Positions 1-10,201 of a DNA stretch of 64,000 bases are shown here, piece by piece; the stretch's first letter is position 1; each line of letters begins with the position of its first letter. Under the pieces are notes generated by a model. It was given only the letters and a program-made list of their open reading frames with translations. It was not told the origin of the DNA and made no database searches. Source of the stretch: Ramazzottius varieornatus. Lineage: Eukaryota > Animalia > Tardigrada. The stretch lies in assembly GCA_001949185.1 (NCBI GenBank), contig BDGG01000009.1:1539624-1603623 (forward strand), given 5' to 3'. The translations under genes were made by a program, and so were the position numbers.

Positions 1-3000
1 CAGGAAGGACGTGCATAGATTCAGCAGTTCAACCTGAGACACGCAACCCAATCAGGCCAACCATAATATATCAACATTAATTATGGATTTATACATTTTG
101 GTGAAATGGGTCAAATCAGATGTCTTGAGTAATCATCGTCTGCACTAAGCAGGGAATGTGAGCTTAAATAGCAACTTCATCATAAGCGCAAGGAAAGAAT
201 GCTTCAAAGGGTGTCCAGAGGAAAAGGAGACGTACCAGGATAGGAGAGACGTCGTTCTTCAGGGGAGAGCCGACGACGACCACCAGCGCTTTGACGGTGG
301 ACAAGCGTGTCGGTTCGTTCTTCAGCCGGTCAACGAAAACCGGCAGACACTCACTCAATTCCTTTGCCAGCAAGTCTCCCAGTGAATGGAACAGCTGGCC
401 CCTATAACCAACATCTCCCAAACTCAAATTCCATTTATACTGAGCGACCAACTTTTTCAAACAAATCTTTCATTAGAAAATCCAAATCCAGAGAAAAAAC
501 GAACCTGGCCATACTTACATGCAAGAAACGGCTCGCTCCTTAATTTCCTGGTCCAAAGTTGGGTCTTTGAATCGCCTGAAGACTGTCGAGTACAGCTCCG
601 GCACAAGGCCTTGCAGATCTGCCATCGGTGGTCGATCTGAAAAAGACTTCAACTTCAGCAGACAGTACTAAACTCATCTTGTCTCCCAAGTTTCATTGAA
701 TGAATCGAATTCGTATCAGAGAAATTTGCAATGCATCATTCAGTCAGCCCCGTCTTGAAACCATCATTTACATTTTTCAGCCTTGTTCGCACTGATGGGA
801 CCAAGAACTGACGTACCGAGTGGACGAATAACAGTTATCAGCTGCTCGGTGGCCAGAAGCGATTCGGCGATGACTTTGTAGAAAGTGTCCGAGGTACATT
901 TGGTGATCATCTACAATTATACACTAGTCTAACCCTCCGTAAAAACGGAGGACCCAACCTCCATTAGTCGAAGGCCATCGGCAAAATATCCTTACCTTAA
1001 CAAGAAGCGCTGCATGAGGCGCAAACACTTCCGGTGGGTGGGTGGAGAAGGTATTTTGCAGAAAGTACAGAGCTTCCAGTTTGATGTTGGAGACGGAAGT
1101 CTTGTCCCTGAAAAGAATAAAGCGACTGAGGCTGGAAAAGTGCGACAATGGAACAGCAGTGTTATGTTCTTACAGGAGACAAAACTCCAGTCCGGGAAGT
1201 AGAAGGCCGATAGAGTCGCTGAGACAGCCGGGCATGATTTGCACCAGCCTTCCCAGCAGCTGCAACGAGGCCTGTCGCGACTTCAAGCTCTTGTCGGCAA
1301 TCAGTCGCTTCATGGACTTGACCAAGCTCGGCAGTTGTTGTCGCAGTGCATCCGCCACACTGTAACAAGCAACGCTCAACAGTCGACCCTGATTTCAAAG
1401 TCAGTAAAAGTCATTTTAGATTGTTCCGATCATAAGTAACAAGCTCGTTGTGGGACAGATCAAAGCCCGTGTTGCAGATCGGATGCTGAGCTGTTAACTC
1501 TGGTCACTTTTGCACACGAAGAATTATTAGAGAGGACAGCTAAGAGACAGCCGCATCTCAGATGCCAAATGTGCCATTGCCTAAAGCCAACTGCAGTTGT
1601 CAACAGTTTGTCGGATCCTTACCCCACTCGTGCATCTTTGTCGTCGACCAAATCGCTCTTCTTCCGGCTTCCGCCCATCGAATACTCCGTCTGCTGCAGT
1701 AGAGAGAGGAATGCCGTAATCACGTCCACCCGCACCGTTTCTTCCCTGTCTGCAAAACACCACAAAAACCCACCATGTGATCTTCGTTGGACAACACGAA
1801 ATAGACAAGTCTGATGTTGATACGTGCTTATATGTATCAGCAGAGAAATTTACAATGCATCATTCAGTCAGCCCCGTCTTGAAACCATCATTTACAAGCT
1901 CGTATCACAGACACCATCGTTCCATCTAAACGGAGAGGTTAGCTGCCTTACCAATGAATCTGGCCACTAAGGCCGGGCTTATCCGGTTCAGCGAGTCCAG
2001 GATCCATTCTCGGCGCGTGGTGATGACAGCTTCCAGACACTTGACAGCACCGCGACGCACTTTCCAGCTCATGTCTTCGTCGTCGCTGTACTGACCTTCA
2101 TCATCCCTGCAAACGCCCTCAGCTTCAACTCAACACCTTTTCAAATCACTTACAAAAACTGCTTCCGAAAATGACATGCGAAATGATCAGGTTTCCTCAA
2201 ACTCACTCTGGTTCGCCAGCCTCCACCTCGTCACCGTCATAGCTGTAATTTGGATCATAGGACAAAAACTTGAGCGCCACCTCCACAATCTACAAGGAAA
2301 CTCTTCAGACAAACTTCATCTTCATTAGGATAAGGAGTATGCAGCTCTAGTCGAGAACTCTAGTACCTTAGGTACGAAGGGGAGGATGTCGGCTTGGCAC
2401 TTTTGGAGGAAAGCCTCCAGAGTGTGAAAGCCGTACTCCTTCAACTCGTCATCGTCCGACTGTGTGGTCTTGATCACGTCTTCCACAAAGACCGGCAAGT
2501 GCTTACCGAAACGAGAAGCTGTAGCTCGACTGTCAAAGAAATGTCAAGTATAAAAAGACAGGCTGAGAATCTTCCTTGGGAACGTCCTTACCTCAGTCCT
2601 CCCAGAAACTGCACTGCCGTCTTGGCATTGTTAACATCGCCCATTTTACCCATCAGATCGCTCTTTAGGCGTTTGATCAGATTCTCGAATATCTCGTCAG
2701 AACACGTCGTCGATAAGCTACCTTTATAAAAAGGATGTCAGTTGGATCTTTTCTACTGGCCACTAGGAATTTGGCAGCAAGTCTATTAGGAGCCCCTGCG
2801 AAACGTAACGTACTCAGTGCGCCGATGGCGCGTTTCCTTACGGCCATTCGCTGATGGCGCAAAAGAGGAAATAATGCATCCACCAACAAAGAATGGTTCT
2901 GCGCTAAGTGAGCTCCATACTTTTGCAGGACAATGCCAAAGATCTCCAGAATTTCCAAATGGATAGAAAGTTCTGGTACCTGATGGAAGGAAGCCATTCC

Positions 3001-3796
3001 AACTACCCATCAATGAGGAAGACCAGGCAACCCATTTAACTTACAGTTTCTTTGGATATGTATGGCTGCAGCTTCCCTGATACTTTCTTGACCAGATTCG
3101 GTACTGACAACTGCGCCGTAGGAGGCATTTCTTGAAAGACGGTCTTGATCGCTAGAAGAAAATACTAACAGTCAGTAACGATCCTAAATGCAAGGCAGTT
3201 ACTGTACATTAGAGACTTCTTCTAATGAGAAACATACCCATGCTGGAGATGTCTCTCAGCTGCACCGAATCCTTGTCCGTCGATGTAGTGTTATCGCACA
3301 GCTTACTCACAATGTTTTCAGCATTGTTGTCCTTCACCCGTTTGATAAGTGGTCCCAAACTGCGCAAGGGGGAAGACAAAGAAATAAATCAACCTAACCG
3401 AGGCATGAGAGAATGACAAGCTTAGGATGCTACAAAATGGAGCGAAGCGTACCATTTGACCGCCAGGTTCTGAACTTCTCCGTTCTTATCATCCAAAGCT
3501 TTCAGCAGCGCTTGTACAATCTAAACAGATGAAGAGGAAGCGTTAGAGAGCAAAATTGGGGCTACCGCTGGAGCTGCCAGATCGTACCTTGTTCTCCATA
3601 GCATCGTCGATCTGTAAAGTCTCCTTCTGCAGCTCGTTCATCAGATCGTTGGCAGCCATGTAGCGGAAATCCTTGTCCGGTGATGTCAACTATAACGAAC
3701 AAGCATCAATCATCATGTTTGCATCATCAACACCATGGATATCGGTTCTCTTACCTTCTCCAGTAAGGTGCTGATGGTGTAGGTTTGTGTCGACAT
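1..3796 (-). CDS. CAND1: Cullin-associated NEDD8-dissociated protein 1, multi-exon, 3' part continues beyond window start
   Basis: ATG at 3796 gives [14 protein letters not shown]|[16 protein letters not shown], matching the CAND1 N-terminus. Later exons include [29 protein letters not shown] and [12 protein letters not shown], with GT-AG introns throughout. Confidence 0.96.
112..187 (-). ncRNA. Candidate intronic box C/D snoRNA in CAND1 (28S rRNA antisense)
   Basis: Inside intron ~34-236. Box C AUGAUGA (183-177), box D CUGA (119-116), internal C'-like GAUGA. Element AGCUCACAUUCCCU is complementary to conserved 28S AGGGAA(C)GUGAGCU with one mismatch to the consensus. Confidence 0.7.
712..772 (-). 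ncRNA. Box C/D snoRNA, U21/SNORD21-like guide, copy 1 (CAND1 intron ~638-816)
   Basis: UGUAA-AUGAUG-GUUUCAAGACGGG-G-CUGA...AUGAUG...CUGA-UACG. The 13-nt element is exactly complementary to 28S CCCGUCUUGAAAC, and there is a short terminal stem. Confidence 0.85.
1833..1896 (-). ncRNA. Box C/D snoRNA, U21/SNORD21-like guide, copy 2 (CAND1 intron ~1750-1951)
   Basis: Near-identical to 712-772 with the same boxes and guide, terminal stem UGUA/UACA, and unrelated flanking intron sequence. Confidence 0.85.
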
Positions 3797-4313
3797 GATG
3801 GCTGTTTCCGGCGAAGACTGGCTCGAACCCGAAGCCGATGATTCAGCACGACTGCAGACCACAGACACTTTCCGCTGCTTCCCACAGATGTCTGATCATC
3901 CCAGCTGATCCCTCCTTCAGACAACTTCGACCGGTGCGCTTCTCCAGTCAGACTCCGCTCCTAGGCATCGGCTGAATCTACGGGCAGGAACGTTCAATGT
4001 CCCCTTCTATCAGTCACCTACCGAAGAAGCTCCAGCCGGCTCCGACAGTGGACAGCTTCGATGGTCCGCGCGATGGAGAACAGGTTAGCTGGAAGACTGC
4101 TCTGCACTCTGGAGTCTGCACTCTGGACGGCCAATCGAGTCGACGATAAACTTGCTTCCACACTCCGGAAAAAGAAAATCCCATGATGCGAATCGGCAAA
4201 ACAATTTAGCAAATGATTTGACAAATAGAGACGCAGGGCTTAACAAGCTTGTGCCATGCTACCGCTTATGGCATGCCAGACTGTCGTAACCACAAGTCAT
4301 AACCACTCAGTAG

Positions 4314-5174
4314 TCAGTATATTGGGCCAGCGGCAGGGGCAGATCAGTAAGGCGGGTAGCACTGGCAAAAATACGATAAAATACGATACGATATTTTTCG
4401 ACACAATATCGACGGATACTTTATTGCGGACTGCGATATTCATTCGATATCGATATTTCGATACGATATTTTTCCAATACTGTGTTTCCGATATATCGTA
4501 TCATATAGCAGCGATATGTTGATATTTCTGGAATTTTTGTTTTTCGGAATTCCACTGGTTCAAGCTCAAAAACTCAAGAAGCAGATTTCCACATAAAGTA
4601 CTAGTAAGATCGAAAGCGTCGGATACAGCAAAGACGTAACTACACCAAGACTTCAAACACATGGATATCTGGACAGAATTAGCCCAAAAACCGAATGGGC
4701 GGAGTGTACTCGGCACACCATGGCCAAAATCAAGTCTTTGAAATCAACCATGGTCTTGCGTAAACGAGATATCACCGGCGAGTTTGCCATTCAGCGAAAT
4801 ACCGATGTATCGAAAATATATCGACATGGCGCGATACGATATCGCCGAATATCTTATTGCGTTGTTCGATATGAGCTCCATATCGATTTTGATACGGTAT
4901 CTTCCGCATATTTTATCGCGAGGATTCGATATATTTCGATACGATATCGGTATACCGTATCGTTGCCAGCACTAAAGGCGGGACTAGTTTAACAAGTATG
5001 GAGCGGAAACAACGAAGAAATCATCTCTGGTCGGCTGATCAAGATTGTCCAAGTCGGAGGTTCTGTTCACTGATTGGTCGTTCACGGATACTCATTTATT
5101 TCATGCCCCGCTCCATATGATGTCATTTGGCCGCGCCTACTGATCTGCCCTGCCGCTTGCCCATATTATGCTGA
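4314..5174. mobile_element. Outer MITE-like inverted-repeat element interrupted by a hAT-type MITE
   Basis: Imperfect ~40 bp inverted repeats: tcagtatattgggccagcggcaggggcagatcagta (from 4314) versus tactgatctgccctgccgcttgcccatattatgctga (to 5174). No clear TSD. Confidence 0.65.
4357..4974. mobile_element. Non-autonomous hAT-type MITE
   Basis: Perfect 8-bp TSD AAGGCGGG (4349-4356 and 4975-4982). Imperfect TIRs TAGCACTGGCAA / TTGCCAGCACTA. About 20 subterminal CGATA/TATCG motifs. Confidence 0.85.
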
Positions 5175-5420
5175 AAGTTTGCCAATTGCGAGTTGCCTTG
5201 TCGCTGCACGGTTAGGCTAGGACCGGAAATGGTGGAAAAACGACCACCCTAAATGGTTCCGATATACCAGAGATGGAAATTCCCATTTTGGAAGAAAAGG
5301 GTGGAAAGGGCAGGATGGAAAAGCTGGCAATAAGTAATAGGATGGAAACGTCCTATATCCCGTATCAAAACAGCCCCAGGGTGTGAAAAGGCAACAAGGG
5401 CATGCTTAGTGCACATTTGT

Positions 5421-5894
5421 CACTAGTGCCAATCCTTTTACCACGCGGCCCCCCCCCCCGTNNNNNNNNNNNNNNNNNNNNNNNNNNNNNNNNNNNNNNN
5501 NNNNNNNNNNNTTTTACCACGGGGCCCCCCCCCCCGTGCGCACTCACCGCCAGTTGAAGGAGGCCCAGACAGACCGAACGCACTGACGTACTACGGGTGC
5601 ACGGGATGACACACACATGCATCTGCCCAGAGCGTAACCATGCGCGACAACATCGAGGTCGTGCAGCCGAATCGAACATGGTTAACCTCGATGGTGTGTG
5701 GTCATACGGCGCAAGAACGGTGACGCCATGTACGCGGAATTCAACGTGACCGATTCGCATGCTACGCCACAGCATATCGTGTGATACAAGCGCGCTGGTA
5801 CAAAAGTACGGCGCCTGAGACGCGTCTTGCGTCAGCTGTTTTAGCCTGTCTTGCTGGCCCCACAAGTCGGGTGGTGAGAGGATTGGCACTAGTG
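5421..5894. mobile_element. Small element with CACTAG-ended inverted repeats (CACTA/CMC-like MITE), spans an assembly gap
   Basis: CACTAGTGCCAATCCTTTTACCAC (from 5421) versus GTGGTGAGAGGATTGGCACTAGTG (to 5894). TSD not evident. Confidence 0.55.
5462..5511. other. Assembly gap (50 N)
   Basis: N run with near-identical ttttaccacg(c/g)ggccc..cgt on both sides, suggesting overlapping contig ends at a poly-C tract. Confidence 0.95.
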
Positions 5895-7231
5895 CACATA
5901 TGGTGACCACACAGACAAATATCCGTCTTTTTTGCCACCCCGCATTAAGCCACAAAAGGACAAATGTCACGCACCTTACCGGGTACATGTCTAGGTGAGC
6001 ATGTGGAGTTGACAAGTGCGATTGATAACGAAAGACATGCCATGACCGTTCTGCTATTTTATTAGCCGTAATTATCAATATCGACAATACTAACCTGCTA
6101 GTTTTGCAATGTACTATTGCGTTGAGGTTGCTTGGCTTGCCGAGTGGCTAGTGTTGCAATGAAGACTATACGAAAATTCACAAAAACCACTCAGGGGCAA
6201 TGTCGGGTTTTCCAACATCAACCACTTAGCATTCATTTCCGAATTTCCCGAACCATTCGGAGAATTCGATTCATGGAGAATCCTGGGGTATTCGGTCGAA
6301 CTAAAGATCCAGCGGCGACGAACCATGGCGAAAACACACTGCTTCTGAGCGGGAACTACTGGACTGCTGTCAATTCGAATACTTGTTTGAGCTTTTAGGG
6401 CCTTTGCGGACAGAAGAGTCGTCAAAACATACGTCCGATTTATGAAAGTTCATGCCGGTGCGCCGCTTCTGGCTCACAAAATAGAAGAGGGTTTTGTCCA
6501 TAGACTGGACAGAAATTTAGATTCATTCACGCTCCTGGACGAGAAATTCATGAAGAAGACGTTGAGGCAACCTAAAAGCGATAACACACCGTGAGGTGTG
6601 TTATAGGCTTTGCTCGGCCCTCGCTCCGATCTTAGATTAGAAATTTCAAAGCCGTTCCAAGGTCAAGAGGATCATTAAAGTCCGATTCTTAGTTTTTAGT
6701 GTCGGGTTTTCAATATCAAGCGTTGTGATAAGTCAGTCAATCAGTAAGAAAAATATCGATACACGATATATTGTTTTCCACCCTAGACTGGTCTGCTAGC
6801 CTACGTCTGTGTCGCTGACGTAGCCCCGGTGCTCGATGGGTGCCCCGAGTGGGGTCACAATGCATGGACGCATAGGCCACAAGGATTGCAAGCCCGCCGC
6901 TAGGAAGTACTAGTACGAATACAGGACAGTTCCCGCCCGACTTGTCCAGGTGTTCATTGAGACATCACGAAAAAGGCAAAAAGGTAACAAGCAGTCGAAA
7001 CTGGGACTTGCTAGAGAGTTCAAGAGAAACACGTCCAAGAAAAAATGAAGCATTGTATTAGTCATTATGTACCAGCTTTTACATCTGTCCCAGTCGACAC
7101 CAAGAGCCGCAACCGCTGTCCAAGCCTTATTGTGGTAAATTTAGAGCTATTGACTCGAGAGTAAAAAAACAACAGGGGTAAGTTACATAACAGTCGCACA
7201 AGACTTCGAATCGACCTCCGCCTTGCCGTCT

Positions 7232-9860
7232 TCACTCGTCGCGATCCGCTTCCCGTCGTCTTGTTGGCCGTCGGGTTTCCGGGTCGTTTTCTTCATTGAA
7301 CGGGTTGGTCGACAGAAGTTCAGCCACCACATCTCTCTGCTCATAAGCTCCACCTAGAGCGCCTTTCGTATGGCGGTAACCATGACTTGTGAAACTGGGG
7401 AAGTCCTTGGCTGCTTTGCCCGGAGGTCCCACCATCCATTCATGGTGCATCAGCTGGTCGGCGGTCACTCTGCTCCGGGGATCCCACCTGGAAGAATTCA
7501 AAAACCATGATAAAGCGTTCTTATCGTAAGTTGGTTGATTCTATCGGTGAATTCAGATGTTACTCTAAGCATCTTTTCATAAAATCCAGGAAACGCCTGT
7601 CGCTGGTCTTCAAAACTGTCTGAAGTGACTTGGTCCCCGGAAGCCGTCGCTTACCGCGAGTGTTGACAGTTTTCGTTGGATTGCCGGCAGTGTCTGAAGA
7701 AAAAACATGCAACTTACATATCAAGATCAAAAACAGAGTGCACAGAGCTCACCAAAGAAATGCCGAGCACGTGGCGCGCTGCTCAGCATTCGTCGAGGAG
7801 GAAGACCCAGAATTTCCATAATGCACGATAACTGGTCCGCTTCGTTCTCCCCCGGAAACAACGGTCGTCCCATTAGCAGTTCAGCCAGAACGCAAGCGAA
7901 ACTCCATATATCTATCCCATAGTCATATGCGAAACCTAAAACGCCACCTAATAACGGCTGCACATTTTCGAACCAGAGTTATGGGACGAGCCGATCTTAC
8001 CCAGTATGATTTCCGGTGCGCGGTAATAGCGAGACTACTTCAAAAGAAAATACCGGATGAGTTGTCTTCGTGGAAGAAACGAGGTACTAGTCTCTTACCT
8101 ACCTGAATGTAGCAGTAAACCTGTTCATGAATGAAGCAGCCGGAGCCGAAGTCTGTGACTTTGATGTCGTAGATGGAAGACTCGGAAGCACCCTGCCTTG
8201 TTCGGAGGAGGACGTTCTCCTACAGAATGCAAATGTAAGCTCCAAGACCCATCCTATCAACGTTACCAGATGAAGGGAATACTTATTTCGGTTACCGGCT
8301 TCACGTCGCAGTGGATGATCTTTTCTTGTTGCAGCAGGTGTAAGCACTGAAGAATGTTCCACGCAAAACGTTTGACCGCCATCACACTGAAGCCGTTGAA
8401 CGCGTTGCGCTTCAGGAGGTCGTACAGATTAATTCTACGAAAAGGTATGTCAAGACGATACATTCCAAGTTAATAAATCACATTCTTCAACCCACAGCCT
8501 CAAACCGTACCCAGCTAATTCCAGGACTATGCATATGTGCTTCCGGAAATGAAAGCAATCTAGCATATGGATGACGTTCCTGTCATTCTGGGTATCTCTC
8601 TTCCGTAGATGATCCAGCAACCTCACTTCCACAATCCCTTGTCGATAAAACCTGTTTCCCAGAATAACATACATGGTGTAGATATTAGAGTAGCATATCA
8701 ACGTCAGACAGCGTCCCGCTTACTTTTTTTTATTACGTAGCATTTTGATAGCAACGTCACAGTGGTTCTTGTGATCTCGGCACTTGAACACCTGGCCGAA
8801 AGAACCGCGTCCCAGAATGCTGACGATTTCGTACCTAAACGACAGGCGGAAGTCTGCCACCCAACTTCAGAGGCGAGACACAAAACCTGTGGCTTCAGGG
8901 ACTCCACTTACCGGTACGCTATTGAGTCATGCGCTTCCTGCAAAATGACAAATGAACGTATCACCAAGCTGATTTGAACAATGAAAAGAAAACTCCAAAG
9001 CAAAAGTCATACCGCAGCATACATGCCATCATCATTGTCGTCAGCTTGTGAGAGCTTGGCCTTGGTCTTGTTCTTCCTCTGTCGACCCAGGCCCAAATAA
9101 TACACTTCCTTGTACTTTTGGATTTCACCCAGCTCAAACTCGGTCAGTTCCCGCTTGAAATGTTGCTTAACCTCTAGGCCAAAGATAGTATAGCAAAAGG
9201 CAGCAAGCGAAAGCCAACATGAACATCTTACCGTCAGGTGACAATGGCCACTCCACAGTACGCTTTATAGATTCAGCCTGCAGTGCAGCCTGACGTTTGG
9301 CTTCTTCGGCAGCCATCTTTCGCGCATCTTCGGCGGCCTGTCGTTTGGCTTCCTCCACAGCAAGTTTCTTAGCTTGCTCTTCCTTGATTCGGAGGTCTCC
9401 GGCCAGGCGCATGTTCTCCAGGGCCCGATCGCGTTCCGTCTGACGGAATGGTTTGGAGGTGGTGGCGGCAATGGGTAACAAAAAGTGGACATCACTGCGC
9501 TTGGTATGTGTTTCACGACGGACTGGTCCCCCTCCTTGCTATCACAAAGAACACGCTCAGCAAAGACAACCAGAGCTTGGTTGGTAAAGATCCAAAGCAA
9601 CTCACCGGACGCCTTCCAGAAATAATGACGGCTGGCTTAGTACTTGGTTCCAGCCGCGGAAACCGCTGCTGATCCGATTCCATCGTATGTAGAGCATACT
9701 GCTAGACCAAAACCAAAGTTAAGAATCCTGCATTTACGGCAGCAGAAGACGACCGAAACAACGAAGAACTTACTCCATCAAGCTTGCCCGAGTTGTGCAG
9801 AGATTTTGGGTCACCACTCATTAGTCCGAGCTCCCCGCGGTCTCGGATGTCACCCTGCAT
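7232..9860 (-). CDS. Class II DYRK kinase (DYRK2/3/4-like); start codon tentative
   Basis: [33 protein letters not shown] (YxY loop), [11 protein letters not shown], upstream DH-box-like DDNDDGMY region and YYLG NAPA-like segment. Confidence 0.9.
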
Positions 9861-10201
9861 CGTAGCGCCGTAGACTCCTCATTGCTCATAGGACATTGCG
9901 TAGTACAACAATAAAGTGCCAAAAGCCCGCCTAAAGGCAATACCTACATACGATGTACCCTACAGTGCCTGGTAACAGTCGATATTTGAGTAATTTGACA
10001 ACTGGAAGCATTTACCAACATCATCCTCCGACATCTGCTGCACGGAAAAGTTTCCTACCTGCTCTGTGTAACGTACCGTGTGTAACATACCACATCATTG
10101 CACTGGGTTTTTACTTTGTTTCGAATGCATTATTCAAAGAAAACTTCAAAGAAACTGAGGAGTTCACCAGAATAATGCAAGAGTGAATGCAAGCATTACT
10201 G

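Noticed and set aside
4370-4960. Repeated CGATA motifs as a CRISPR-like array or coding repeats
   Set aside because: No regular repeat-spacer period, eukaryotic context, and bounded by TIRs and TSD.
5365-6087. 240-aa ORF across the N gap
   Set aside because: Reads through Ns and repeat sequence, with no recognisable motif; the duplicated gap flanks look like an assembly overlap.
6100-6950. Possible transposase remnant or Helitron end
   Set aside because: No recognisable protein motif or convincing termini by eye.
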